Below are positions 41,969-51,871 of a stretch of DNA of 64,000 nucleotides, in pieces. Positions within the stretch are counted from its first letter, which is position 1. Each line of letters opens with the position of its first letter. The position numbers and the translations under genes were made by a program. The stretch lies in the NCBI GenBank assembly GCA_018821435.1, contig JAHJME010000035.1, forward strand, positions 9,514 through 73,513, in the 5' to 3' direction. This DNA comes from Alphaproteobacteria bacterium (GTDB taxonomy: Bacteria; Pseudomonadota; Alphaproteobacteria; Caulobacterales; Caulobacteraceae). Under the pieces are notes generated by a model. That model was given only the letters and a program-made list of their open reading frames with translations. It searched no databases and had not been told where the DNA came from.

Positions 41969-42792
41969 TCCAGGCAGACCACCTGGGCGACCTGCAGCTC
42001 GCGGCGCAGGTTGTCGGCCACGTAGAAGTAGTTCTGCGGCGTGATGGATTCGCCCAATGCCGTCGCGTCGGCGCGGCGGTTGCTCGTGGCCAGCGTCGCG
42101 CGCACGACCTCCGGCGCGGTGGTGTAGATCCGGCCCCGGCGGGGGCTTTCGGCGATGGTCACGCCCAGCACCCGGCCCTGGGCGTCCAGCGCCGGGGCGC
42201 CGGACAGTCCGCCCAGCGTGCCCTCCAGGCCCTCCGTCCGACCTGTCTCGGCCCAGACCAGCACCGGTTCGGTGCGCGCGCCATGCCCCCTGACGACCAG
42301 GTTCTCCCGGCCCAGCAGCCGCGAGCTGGCTTCGCCCGGCTCGCCCTGCGGGAAGCCCGGATGGAACGCCCGTTGCCCGCGCCGCAGCGGTTCGGCCAGG
42401 CCCAGCGGCAGCGGCGCGGCGCCGCCCTCGGTGAACAGCAACGCCGCCTCGCCGCGCGGATCGACGCGGACGTTCACCGCCACGCCCGTCCCCGGACCGA
42501 CCACGATGGCCACGCGACGGCAGCCGTCCACCACATGGCGCGCGGTCAGCCAGACCCCGGCCCGGGCGATGGAAAAGGCCGTGCCCGCGGCCGGTCCCGT
42601 CTTGGCGGGCACGTCCACCACCACCGAGGGATCGAACGGCGAGGCCGGCCCCAGGGCCTCGCCCAGCGGGTCGGCGCCCTTGGGCGGCGGCGGCGGCGCG
42701 TCGGTGCGCTCGTCCCGTCCCAGGGCGGCGAACAGCAGCACCACCACGATCGCGGCGTAGACCACCCAATCCGGCAGCCGTGGGAACTTCAT
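41965..42792 (-). CDS. Membrane-anchored trypsin-like serine protease
   Basis: GTAFSI, WLTARHVVDGC (His), GLSGAP (Ser); N-terminal TM. Confidence 0.85.
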   Translation of the reverse strand: MKFPRLPDWVVYAAIVVVLLFAALGRDERTDAPPPPPKGADPLGEALGPASPFDPSVVVDVPAKTGPAAGTAFSIARAGVWLTARHVVDGCRRVAIVVGPGTGVAVNVRVDPRGEAALLFTEGGAAPLPLGLAEPLRRGQRAFHPGFPQGEPGEASSRLLGRENLVVRGHGARTEPVLVWAETGRTEGLEGTLGGLSGAPALDAQGRVLGVTIAESPRRGRIYTTAPEVVRATLATSNRRADATALGESITPQNYFYVADNLRRELQVAQVVCLD

Positions 42793-42793
42793 C

Positions 42794-43213
42794 CTAGCTA
42801 CGGGCGGCCGCGATGATCATGGCGGTGGCGATCTTGGCGCCCACCAGCAGGGCCGCGGCCGACATCTCGCCGTCCTGGATGCGCTTGGGCAGGCCCCGCA
42901 GCAGCATGTCCACCAGCCGGAAGACCAGGAGCTGGACCACGACCGTGACCGCGCCCCAGAGCCCGATCTCGATGACGTTGGTCGACGCCCTGAGCGACGC
43001 CGCCAGCGGGATCGCCAGGCCCAGCAGCACCCCGCCCAGCGACACCGCCGCGGCCGTGTTGCCCTCCCGGATCAGGGTGATCTCCTTGTGCGGCGTCAGC
43101 AGCACATAGAGCGCGGCCGCCGCGAACAGGATGATCACCGTGACCCCGGCGTGGGCCAGGAAGACCGGGAACCCGGCGGCGAAAGCCTGAATCTCAGGCG
43201 ATGGTGTGGGCAT
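42794..43213 (-). CDS. DUF350 family membrane protein
   Basis: LTPHKEITLIREGNTAAAVSLGG motif; four TM segments. Confidence 0.85.
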   Translation of the reverse strand: MPTPSPEIQAFAAGFPVFLAHAGVTVIILFAAAALYVLLTPHKEITLIREGNTAAAVSLGGVLLGLAIPLAASLRASTNVIEIGLWGAVTVVVQLLVFRLVDMLLRGLPKRIQDGEMSAAALLVGAKIATAMIIAAARS

Positions 43214-43263
43214 GCAAAACGTCCCCCAAAACTGCGGGGCGCATCGTTAGCACGGCGCCGCTT

Positions 43264-44415
43264 CTATTCCGAAACGGCCACCTTGCGACGCGCGCTGGCC
43301 CGCTGCTTCTCGCTCTCGCTCTTGAGCTGGCCGCAGGCGGCGAGGATGTCGCGGCCGCGCGGCGTGCGGATCGGCGAGGCATAGCCGCCGTTGTTCAGGA
43401 TCGCGGCGAACGCCTCGATGGTCGACCAGGACGAGCAGACATAGTCCGTGCCCGGCCACGGGTTGAACGGGATCAGGTTGATCTTGGCCGGAATGCCCTT
43501 GAGCAGCTGAACCAGCGCCTTGGCCTCGGCCGGGCTGTCGTTGACGCCCTTCAGCATCACATATTCGAACGTCACCCGGTTGGCGTTCGACAGGCCCGGA
43601 TAGGCCCGGATGCCGGCCATCAGCTGGTCCAGCGGGTACTTCTTGTTGAGCGGCACCAGCTTTTCGCGCAGCGCGTCGTTGGTGGCGTGCAGCGAGATGG
43701 CCAGGCCCGCCCGGGTCTTCTCGCCCAGCGCGTGGAGCTGGGGCACGACGCCCGAGGTCGAGACCGTGATCCGCCGGCGCGAGATCGCGATGCCCTCGTT
43801 GTCGGCGATGATGTCGATGGCCTGGGCGACGTTGTCCAGATTGTAGAGCGGCTCGCCCATGCCCATGAAGACGATGTTGGTGAGCTTGCGGTCCTCTTTC
43901 GGCGAGGGCCATTCGCCCAGGTCGTCGCGGGCCACCTGCACCTGGGCCACGATCTCGGCGGCGGTCAGGTTGCGCACCAGCGCCTGGGTGCCCGTGTGGC
44001 AGAACGTGCAGTTCAGCGTGCAGCCCACCTGCGAGCTCACGCACAAAGCCCCGGCCCGGCCGACGTCGGGGATGTAGACGGTCTCGACCTCGATGCCCGG
44101 GCTCATCCGGATCAGGTATTTGCGGGTGCCGTCCTTGGAGACCTGCCGCTCGACGATGTGCGGGCGGGCCAGGCTGAACGTCGCGGCCAGCGCGGCGCGG
44201 GTGTCCTTGGCCACGTCGGTCATCTGGGCGAAGTCGGTGACGCCGTAGTGATGGATCCAGCGCCAGAGCTGGGTAGCGCGCATCTTGGCCTTGGCCGCGG
44301 GCACGATGCCGGCGTCGACCAGCGCGGCCGCCAGCTCCGTCCGGTCGAGGCCGGTCAGGTTGGGCGGCGCAACGGGTTTGGCCGCCGCGCGGCTGAGATC
44401 GAGGGTCACGCCCAA
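43264..44415 (-). CDS. rlmN: 23S rRNA/tRNA m2A methyltransferase RlmN (start probably TTG 44415)
   Basis: [61 protein letters not shown]. Confidence 0.95.
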   Translation of the reverse strand: MGVTLDLSRAAAKPVAPPNLTGLDRTELAAALVDAGIVPAAKAKMRATQLWRWIHHYGVTDFAQMTDVAKDTRAALAATFSLARPHIVERQVSKDGTRKYLIRMSPGIEVETVYIPDVGRAGALCVSSQVGCTLNCTFCHTGTQALVRNLTAAEIVAQVQVARDDLGEWPSPKEDRKLTNIVFMGMGEPLYNLDNVAQAIDIIADNEGIAISRRRITVSTSGVVPQLHALGEKTRAGLAISLHATNDALREKLVPLNKKYPLDQLMAGIRAYPGLSNANRVTFEYVMLKGVNDSPAEAKALVQLLKGIPAKINLIPFNPWPGTDYVCSSWSTIEAFAAILNNGGYASPIRTPRGRDILAACGQLKSESEKQRASARRKVAVSE

Positions 44416-44523
44416 GGCGTTCAATTCCTTCTGGAGAGCGGCGAATATAGGGGAGGCGCCGCGTTCGACCAAATCACCGGTCGCCTTGACGACAGGTTGA
44501 GGCCGGAGGCCTATCGTCGCGCC

Positions 44524-45303
44524 ATGCGCCAGTTGCTGCTCGCCGCCGTTCTCGCCAGCCTCGCCACGACCGCCGCCGCCGCCGATCCGCGCGAGTTCTG
44601 CGCCGAGCGGCCGGGCAAGGCGACGCCGCCCTGCATCCTGGACGCCGGCCGCTTCCAGCTCGAAACCGGCCTGGCCGACGCCGTGTTCCTGCGCGGGCGG
44701 GCGGGCCATGAAGACACCTACACGCTGGGCGCCAGCGAGGTTCGGTTCGGCGTCTCGTCGCGCACCGAGATCGAGGCCGGCTGGTCGCCGCTGATTGTCG
44801 ACCATCAACGCGGCGCGGGCCGCACCACCGGGGTCGGCGACGCGATGCTTGGCGTGCGGACCGCCCTCACCGACCCGGACGCGGACGGGCCGGCCGCTTC
44901 GATCCAGGGCTTCGTCACCGCGCCCACGGCCACCCACGGCCTGGGCGCCGGCGGCTGGACGGGCGGGCTGCGGCTGCCCCTGGCCATGCCGCTGGGACAC
45001 GACCTGGACCTGGGCGCCACCCCTGAGGTCGACCTTGTCCGCGACGCCGACGGCCACGGGACACACCTGGCGCTGCAGGCCGCGGCGGGCCTGAGCCACG
45101 GCTTCGGCGCCCTGACCGCCGGGGCCGAGCTATGGGGCCAGGTGGACGACGATCCCGCCCATCGCGCCTGGCAGGCCAGCGCCGACCTGACCGCCGCCCT
45201 GATGATCGGCAAGAACGCCCAGATCGATGCGGGCGTGAACCTGGGCCTGACCCACGCCACGCCCGACGTTGAAATCTACGCAGGCGTCGCGCGTCGCTTC
45301 TGA
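44524..45303 (+). CDS. Outer-membrane beta-barrel 'transporter' (Phenol_MetA_deg-like)
   Basis: Signal peptide, [22 protein letters not shown] motif, alternating beta pattern, terminal YAGVARRF. Confidence 0.75.
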   Translation: MRQLLLAAVLASLATTAAAADPREFCAERPGKATPPCILDAGRFQLETGLADAVFLRGRAGHEDTYTLGASEVRFGVSSRTEIEAGWSPLIVDHQRGAGRTTGVGDAMLGVRTALTDPDADGPAASIQGFVTAPTATHGLGAGGWTGGLRLPLAMPLGHDLDLGATPEVDLVRDADGHGTHLALQAAAGLSHGFGALTAGAELWGQVDDDPAHRAWQASADLTAALMIGKNAQIDAGVNLGLTHATPDVEIYAGVARRF

Positions 45304-45408
45304 GGTCAGGGCGCGCTTGCGTTCAAACGCCCGTTCGGATTTGGCCTTCCGCCGTCCCGGTCGCTGGGCTAGCGTCCCGCCGCAATTCGAGAACCGGGAG
45401 ACACGTCC

Positions 45409-46407
45409 ATGAAAGCCCTTCTGAGCAAGGCCGTCGGCGGCCCTGAGACCCTGGTGCTGGAGGACGTCGCGTCTCCCGAGGCCAAGCCCGGCCAGGCCGT
45501 GGTTTCGGTTAAGGCGATCGGCGTCAACTTCCCCGACGTGCTGATCATCGAGGACAAGTACCAGTTCAAGCCCGAGCGCCCGTTCTCGCCCGGCGGCGAG
45601 ATCAGCGGCGTCGTCAAGTCGGTGGGCGAGGGCGTGACCCATGTGAAGCCGGGCGACCGGGTGCTGGGCAACACCGGCTGGGGCGGCATGGCCGAGGAAC
45701 TGGCGCTGGACGCCAGCCGGCTGGTGAAGATTCCCGACTCGATGCCCTTCGACGACGCCGCCGCCTTCATCATGACCTATGGCACCAGCTGGCACGCCCT
45801 GAAGGACCGCGCGAACCTGCAGGCCGGACAGTCGATGCTGGTGCTGGGCGCCGCCGGCGGCGTCGGTCTCGCGGCCGTCGAGCTGGGCAAGGCCATGGGC
45901 GCGAACGTCATCGCCGCCGCCTCCAGCCAGGAGAAGGTCGACCTCTGCCTCAGCCGCGGCGCGACCTCGGGCGTCGTCTATCCGAAGGGCCCCTTCGACA
46001 AGGAGGGCCAGAAGGCCCTGGGCGCGCTGTTCAAGGACGCCACCGGCCCGAACGGCGCCGACGTGATCTATGACGGCATCGGCGACGCCTACGCAGAACC
46101 CGCGCTGCGCTCCATCGCCTGGGAAGGCAAGTACCTCGTGGTCGGCTTCGCGGCCGGCGAGATCCCGAAGATCCCGCTGAACCTGGCCCTGCTGAAGGGT
46201 TGCGAGATCGTCGGCGTGTTCTGGGGCGCCTGGGTGGCCAAGAACCCCAAGCGGCACCAGGAAAGCGTCGCCGAGCTGATGCAGATGTACGCCGACGGCA
46301 AGATCAAGCCGCACGTCTCCGAGACCTTCGCCCTGGCCGACGCCGCCAAGGCCATCGCCCACCTCGCCAGCCGCAAGGCCATGGGCAAGGTGGTGGTGAC
46401 CGTCTGA
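45409..46407 (+). CDS. NADPH:quinone oxidoreductase family (MDR) protein
   Basis: GVNFPDVL, PFSPGGE, VLGAAGGVGLAA, GKYLVVGFAAG, GKVVV. Confidence 0.92.
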   Translation: MKALLSKAVGGPETLVLEDVASPEAKPGQAVVSVKAIGVNFPDVLIIEDKYQFKPERPFSPGGEISGVVKSVGEGVTHVKPGDRVLGNTGWGGMAEELALDASRLVKIPDSMPFDDAAAFIMTYGTSWHALKDRANLQAGQSMLVLGAAGGVGLAAVELGKAMGANVIAAASSQEKVDLCLSRGATSGVVYPKGPFDKEGQKALGALFKDATGPNGADVIYDGIGDAYAEPALRSIAWEGKYLVVGFAAGEIPKIPLNLALLKGCEIVGVFWGAWVAKNPKRHQESVAELMQMYADGKIKPHVSETFALADAAKAIAHLASRKAMGKVVVTV

Positions 46408-46416
46408 TTGCCGCAC

Positions 46417-46688
46417 CCTTCTCCCCTTGCGGGAGAAGGTGGCTCGCAACGCGAGACGGATGAGGGGTCGCGCTAACCTTTCAGCCGCGGTGGCGCGTCA
46501 GCGCCGCGATATCGACCGCGAACCACACGAATAGGCCTTGCCGCTCGTAAGGCCCGTGGAAGCCGGAACCCGTTCGTGTGGTTCGTGGTCAAACAAGCCC
46601 GCCCGAGGCGCGCACTGAGCCGGACAGGCCGGCGCGACCCCTCATCCGTCACCCTTCGGGCGACACCTTCTCCCGCAAGGGGAGAAGG
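46417..46688. repeat. CIR/RIME-like palindromic element with a second palindrome inside
   Basis: Perfect 25-bp outer IR (46417-46441 / 46664-46688), perfect 18-bp inner IR (46455-46472 / 46633-46650), and a further 18-bp IR with one mismatch (46514-46531 / 46573-46590). Confidence 0.88.
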
Positions 46689-46700
46689 ACGTCCCTGACC

Positions 46701-48884
46701 TCACGGCGTCGGCCCGCTGGCGCCGCCCCCGAAGTCGAAGCCCTGGTCGCGCGGCTTGCCGCCGCCCAGGGTCCAGACGATGCCGATCTGAACGCCCCGG
46801 GTGTCGATGGTCTGGCGGATACGGCGTTGCAGGATCGGAGTGTACACCACCTCCTCCAGGGTGAATGTGTCCAGCACGTCCTGGAAGGTCACCAGACCCG
46901 AGATCCGGTCGTTGAACTTGTGGCGATAGCCGATGTTCAGCATGCCCGCCGGCTTGATGTAGCCCTGCGCGGTCAGGCGCCGGGCGTTGGCGAACCCGTT
47001 CACCTGGATCAGGTCATCCGGGGTCACCTGCCAGCTTAGACTGGCACGGCCCGCCACAGTGACCGTAGAGCGCTTGTGCGCGAGGCCTTGGGCCGAGCCG
47101 TCCAGCTCGTTCCAGTAGAGGTTGCCGCTGACGTTGTAGGTGAGCTTCGCGGACAACCGGCCATTGGCCACCAGCTCCAGTCCGCCGGCCCGTGTCTGGG
47201 CGACGTTCTCGCGGGTGATCTCGAACACGCCGCCGCCGATGTCGCGGGTGACGTCGGACAGCACCTTGTCGTTCTCGCGGTAGTACAGCGTCGCCAGATA
47301 GTTGGCCGGGCTCTTCCGGTACTGCCAGCCCAGCTCGTACGACCGCGTCTGCTGCGGCTTCAGGTCGGGATTGCCCGTCCGATAGGTCACAGGGTCGATC
47401 AGGAACGGGAAGGGATTGTAGAAATCCGGATCCGGTCGCTGCACCCGCTGGCTGTAGCTGGCGGTGAAGGTCTGGGCGTCGCTCGCCTTCCACGACATGT
47501 GCAAGCTGGGATAGGCGCGCAGGTCGTTGTTGTCGTCCCCCCGGCCCAGGGTGACCTGGGTCAGGTCGATCCGGGCGTCCTCCAGGCGCAGGCCGGCCAG
47601 CACCGTGACCTCGCCGATCGGCCGCTCGTAGGTGACGTAGGCCTGGCTGAGCAACTGCTCGAACTTGAATTCGCTGCTGAGCGCGGGGTCGGGGATCGAC
47701 GCCGGCGCGCTCGGCCCGCGGAAGCCGCGGTTGTTCTGGCTGTTGTCGTCGCGCTGGAGGTCGAAGCCCAGCTTGAGCTTCGAGCCGTCTGCGAAAGGCC
47801 GGACATAGTCGCCCTTCAGCTGAACCTGCTGGTAGTCGTTGTAGGTCAACTGGTCGTCGAAGGCGCCTGGAAGCACCGGCAGGCGCCCGACCGTCGCGCC
47901 CGTGCGCCGCCGGTCGAAGTCGGTCGCCTCGTAGCTCAGGCTCACCGAAACCTCGTGACCCTCGCCGTCCAGCTTGCGGCGCAGGCCGGCGGTCAGCTCG
48001 CGGTTGAACCGCCTTTGATCCGCGCTGACGCTGCGGTCGTAGACCTGGACCAGCGCGCCGGACGCATCCTCGCGCCGGGTCTGGTTCAGGATGTCGATAT
48101 CGAAGCGAAGGCGCTGCACCCGCAGCTCGGCGTTCAGCCGGGTGTCGGCGTCCAGGTCGTAGTCGGCGCTCACCCGTCCGCCGACCAGATCCAGAACGGC
48201 GTGATTGACGCCGTCGATCCGGGAACCGCTGAGCGCGCCCGTCGACGGATCGAACTGCGTGCGTACGTCGTGGCTCGGCTGCTTCTGCGGGTCGTGGCGC
48301 AGGAAGGCGTCGGCGGTGATCGACAGTTTCTCGCCATTGTAGCCGGTGCTGGCATTGGCGAAGACCCGCTCGCTGGTGCCGACCGTCAGCCGGGCCGACG
48401 CGGTCTGTCCGACGCCCTTCGCCTTCTTGGTGATCAGGTTGATGACACCCGCGGTCCCGTCGGCGCTGAACTCGGCCGAGGGATTGGTGATCACCTCGAC
48501 GCGATCGATACGCTCGGCCGGCAGGGCCTGCAGCGCCTGGCCCTTGCCCTCGCCGCGGAACTGGCCGGAGGGCTTGCCGTCGATCAGGATGGTGACGTTC
48601 GGATCGCCGCGCAGAGCCACGTTGCCGTTCACGTCAACCTCGACGGACGGCACGTTGCGAAGGGCGTCGCCGATCGAACCACTTTGTGCCTGCAGATCGC
48701 TGGCGACGCTGTAGCTGCGGCGGTCGATGGAGGTCTGCACGGCCGGCGCCTGGCCTGTCACGACGATCTCGCCGACCGTGCCGGCGGGCGGCTTCGCCTC
48801 GGGCTTTTGCGGCGCGGGGACCTGCGCCATCGCCTGCGCCGGAACCATGGCGACCGCCGCCAGCCAGATCAGCCTGTGATGCAC
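46701..48884 (-). CDS. TonB-dependent receptor (outer-membrane beta-barrel; start probably GTG 48884)
   Basis: Signal peptide, TonB-box-like EIVVTG, plug region (DALRNVPSVEVD, RIDRVEVITNPSAEF, AGVINLITKK), long beta-barrel. Confidence 0.92.
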   Translation of the reverse strand: MHHRLIWLAAVAMVPAQAMAQVPAPQKPEAKPPAGTVGEIVVTGQAPAVQTSIDRRSYSVASDLQAQSGSIGDALRNVPSVEVDVNGNVALRGDPNVTILIDGKPSGQFRGEGKGQALQALPAERIDRVEVITNPSAEFSADGTAGVINLITKKAKGVGQTASARLTVGTSERVFANASTGYNGEKLSITADAFLRHDPQKQPSHDVRTQFDPSTGALSGSRIDGVNHAVLDLVGGRVSADYDLDADTRLNAELRVQRLRFDIDILNQTRREDASGALVQVYDRSVSADQRRFNRELTAGLRRKLDGEGHEVSVSLSYEATDFDRRRTGATVGRLPVLPGAFDDQLTYNDYQQVQLKGDYVRPFADGSKLKLGFDLQRDDNSQNNRGFRGPSAPASIPDPALSSEFKFEQLLSQAYVTYERPIGEVTVLAGLRLEDARIDLTQVTLGRGDDNNDLRAYPSLHMSWKASDAQTFTASYSQRVQRPDPDFYNPFPFLIDPVTYRTGNPDLKPQQTRSYELGWQYRKSPANYLATLYYRENDKVLSDVTRDIGGGVFEITRENVAQTRAGGLELVANGRLSAKLTYNVSGNLYWNELDGSAQGLAHKRSTVTVAGRASLSWQVTPDDLIQVNGFANARRLTAQGYIKPAGMLNIGYRHKFNDRISGLVTFQDVLDTFTLEEVVYTPILQRRIRQTIDTRGVQIGIVWTLGGGKPRDQGFDFGGGASGPTP

Positions 48885-48942
48885 GAACGCCTCCCGACAT
48901 GAACACAAAGTCACTGGCCACGGCGGCCAGGGTCGGTGAGGA

Positions 48943-48979
48943 TACAGCTGTACTTTCGTCCAAAATACACGTGTATTTT
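48943..48979. promoter_or_regulatory. Two BlaI/MecI/CopY-type operators
   Basis: TACA-GC-TGTA (48943-48952), and TACA-CG-TGTA within the perfect 18-bp palindrome AAAATACACGTGTATTTT (48962-48979). Both match the TACA-N2-TGTA box of this family. Confidence 0.8.
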
Positions 48980-49000
48980 CGGTAACGCGGAGGACCGGGC

Positions 49001-49372
49001 TTGGCTGTGAAGATCTCGGGGGCCGAGAGTCAGATCATGGAGGCGCTGTGGCGGGAGGGGCCGCTGACGCCCGACGGAATCGTGGCCGAGGTGGGCGACG
49101 CCCACGGCTGGGCGCCCGGCACCGTGAAGACCCTGATCACCCGCCTGCTGCGCAAGAAGGCCATCGACGGTCGGCGAGAAACCGGAGGCTATCTTTATCG
49201 GCCCCTGCTCAGCCGCACCGACTACGTACAGTCCGAGAGCCAGAACCTGGTCGATCGCCTGTTCGACGGCGAGGTCGCCCCCCTGGTCGCCCACTTCGCC
49301 GAGCACCGGGCGCTGACGCCGAAGGACATTTCGCTGCTCAAGAAGCTGATCTCGGACCTCGAAGATGAGTGA
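49001..49372 (+). CDS. BlaI/MecI/CopY family repressor
   Basis: ISGAESQIMEALW, WAPGTVKTLITRLLRKK, YLYRPLLSR, LVDRLFDG; GGAGG RBS. Confidence 0.92.
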   Translation: MAVKISGAESQIMEALWREGPLTPDGIVAEVGDAHGWAPGTVKTLITRLLRKKAIDGRRETGGYLYRPLLSRTDYVQSESQNLVDRLFDGEVAPLVAHFAEHRALTPKDISLLKKLISDLEDE

Positions 49373-50945
49373 GGCGCTGAACCCCTTCCTGCTGGCGAAC
49401 CTCGCCGCCGCCGTCGCGGTGGTGGTGGTCCTGGCGCTGCGGTTGCCCGCCCGCCGGCTGTTCGGGGCCCGGATCGCCTACGGCCTCTGGCTGCTGGTCC
49501 CCATGGCGGCGCTCGCCACGCTGCTGCCGGCCCGGGTGGAAACGGTGCGTGTCGCGGCGATGAGCGAGGTGGCGGAGCCGATCATGCGCGCCTCCACGAC
49601 CGCGCCGGCGGTCGCCCTTGCCGTCGCCGTCGATCTTGGTCCGCTGCTGCTGGCGCTGTGGCTCGGCGGCGCCGCGCTCAGCCTGGGCTGGCTGGCCTGG
49701 CGTCAGGCGCAGTTCGGCCGTGCGGTGCGCGAAGGTCTGGCGGGCCCCGCGGTCGTCGGCGTCCTGAAGCCCCGGATCGTCACCCCCGACGACTTCGACC
49801 ACCGCTACACCCCGCGCGAGCGGTTCGTGGTGCTGGCCCACGAGGAAACCCACATCGCCCGCCACGACTCGCGGATCAACGCCCTGGTGGCGGCGGCGCG
49901 CTGCGTGAACTGGTTCAATCCGCTGCTCCATGTGCTGGCCCGCTGCCTGCGGATGGACCAGGAGCTGGCCTGCGACGCCCAGGTGGTCGCGGCCCACCCC
50001 ACGGCGCGCCGTTCGTACGCCGAGGCGATGCTGAAGGCGCAGCTGGCGGCCCGCCCGCTGCCGCTGGGCTGCTATTGGCTGGCGGAGGCGCCGCATCCGC
50101 TGGCCGAGCGCATCCGCCTGCTCTCGCGCTGCACGCCGGGCCCGGCCCAGCGCGCGCTGGGCGTCGCGGTGCTGGCCCTCCTGGCCGCCGCAGCCATCGG
50201 CGCGACCTGGGCCGCGAAGCCGGCGCAGGTAACGTTCGTGCAGACGCCGACGCCGCAGCTGGCCTTGCCGGGCGCCTTGACCGCCCCGGCGCCTGCCACG
50301 CCCGCGCCGATCCATCAGGTGAGGTCCGTCACCGGCGCGCCGCCGCCTGAGACCACCCCGGCCGAACCGCCCGCCGACCCGGTCATCGCGATGACCCAGG
50401 CCCAGGTCGACGCGGACGCCGCCCCCATGCTCGCCGAAACCGATGGCGTCCGCGGCGCCGTCGAGCGACCGCCGCACGTTCCGCGCCTGCCGCGCGAGCG
50501 CCGCATCTACGCCATCGCCAACCGCTCGTCGGTCGAGCCGGGGTCGGCGGTGCGCGTGGTGGCCAGCGCCTTCGACCGCGAAGGCCGCGCGCTGATGGCC
50601 GACCTCACCTCGTTCGGCTCGCAACATTACTACCGCACCGGATCTTACGTGACCTCGGGCAGCAAGCAGGCGGTGTTCACCGCCGTCGTGCAGCGCGGCG
50701 ACCGGCTGTGGGTCACCGTCAGCCTGAATCGCCGCTTCGAGGGCGACGAAGTCGGCACGATCGAGATGAGGTCCGGCGAGACGCGCAACATCGCCCTGCC
50801 CAACGGCCAGGTGGTCACCGTCACGCCCACCCTGCGGCCCGAGACCGCCGAGGAGGCCGCCGGCGCCCACGAGGCGCTCCGCCGGGTCGACGTCGATCTT
50901 GATCGCTCCAGCCGGGAAGCCTGGGAGGCGCTGCGGCGGCGCTGA
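49365..50945 (+). CDS. BlaR1/M56 family membrane metallopeptidase-sensor with Pro-rich linker and unrecognised C-terminal domain
   Basis: GPAVVGVLKPRIV, LAHEETHIAR (HExxH), WFNPLL, DQELACD, YAEAML, LAERI. Confidence 0.88.
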   Translation: MSEALNPFLLANLAAAVAVVVVLALRLPARRLFGARIAYGLWLLVPMAALATLLPARVETVRVAAMSEVAEPIMRASTTAPAVALAVAVDLGPLLLALWLGGAALSLGWLAWRQAQFGRAVREGLAGPAVVGVLKPRIVTPDDFDHRYTPRERFVVLAHEETHIARHDSRINALVAAARCVNWFNPLLHVLARCLRMDQELACDAQVVAAHPTARRSYAEAMLKAQLAARPLPLGCYWLAEAPHPLAERIRLLSRCTPGPAQRALGVAVLALLAAAAIGATWAAKPAQVTFVQTPTPQLALPGALTAPAPATPAPIHQVRSVTGAPPPETTPAEPPADPVIAMTQAQVDADAAPMLAETDGVRGAVERPPHVPRLPRERRIYAIANRSSVEPGSAVRVVASAFDREGRALMADLTSFGSQHYYRTGSYVTSGSKQAVFTAVVQRGDRLWVTVSLNRRFEGDEVGTIEMRSGETRNIALPNGQVVTVTPTLRPETAEEAAGAHEALRRVDVDLDRSSREAWEALRRR

Positions 50946-51010
50946 TCCGGGTTGCCGCCCGGCGCCCACGCCCCTACTGATCGGCGATAACCAACCAGAG
51001 GGGAAGCGGC

Positions 51011-51871
51011 ATGGCGGGCAGGCTCGAAGGCAAGGTCGCGGTGATCACAGGCGGGGTTTCGGGCATCGGCCTGGGGACCGTCGAGCTGTTCGTGGCCGAG
51101 GGCGCCAACGTCATCGCCGCCGACATCCAGGACGAGAAGGGCGCCATGCTGGAGAAGCGGTTCCCCGACCGCGTCCGCTACGCCCACTGCGACGTGACCA
51201 AGGAGGCCGAGATCAAGGCGGCCATGGACCTGGCGGCCAGTGAGTTCGGCGGCCTGGATATCCTGTTCAACAACGCCGGCATCTCGGACGGCATGCGGGT
51301 GCTGGAGGAGATCGAGGCCGAGACCTGGACCTGGATCTACGACGTCCTGGTGCGCGGCCCGGCGCTGGGCATGAAGCACGCCGTGCCGCTGATGCTGGCG
51401 CGCGGCGGCGGCTCCATCGTCAACACCGCCTCTATCGCCGGCCTGCAGGCCGGCTGGGGCCCCATCGCCTATTCCTCGGCCAAGGCCGCGGTGATCCACA
51501 TGAGCCGGGTGGCCGCCGCCCAGCTTTCGCCGCGCAAGATCCGCGTCAACGCCATCTGCCCCGGCCTGATCGCCACCTCGATCTTCGGCGCTTCGCTGGG
51601 CCTGCCCCGCGCGGTGGCCGACCAAATGGCCGCCCGCGTCGCCGACAACGCCGCCAAGGTTCAGCCGGTGCCCAAGGCCGGCCTGCCCGACGACATCGCC
51701 CAGGCGGCGCTCTACCTGGCCTCCGACGCCTCGGCCTTCGTCAGCGGCACGCACCTGGTCGTCGACGGCGGCATCACCGTTGGCTCGCGCCACGCCTGGG
51801 ACCAGTCCGGCCCCTCGCCCTTCGCCGAGCTGTTCGGGGAATTCTCGGCGCCCCAGCCCGGCCAGTCGTGA
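51011..51871 (+). CDS. Short-chain dehydrogenase/reductase
   Basis: TGGVSGIG, NNAG, YSSAK (YxxxK), RVNAICPG. Confidence 0.92.
   Translation: MAGRLEGKVAVITGGVSGIGLGTVELFVAEGANVIAADIQDEKGAMLEKRFPDRVRYAHCDVTKEAEIKAAMDLAASEFGGLDILFNNAGISDGMRVLEEIEAETWTWIYDVLVRGPALGMKHAVPLMLARGGGSIVNTASIAGLQAGWGPIAYSSAKAAVIHMSRVAAAQLSPRKIRVNAICPGLIATSIFGASLGLPRAVADQMAARVADNAAKVQPVPKAGLPDDIAQAALYLASDASAFVSGTHLVVDGGITVGSRHAWDQSGPSPFAELFGEFSAPQPGQS

Noticed and set aside
43201-45303. Long ORFs 43201-45303 (+) and 43264-45099 (-) overlapping each other
   Set aside because: Each is a real gene (outer-membrane transporter from 44524; rlmN from about 44415) extended by antisense read-through of the other.
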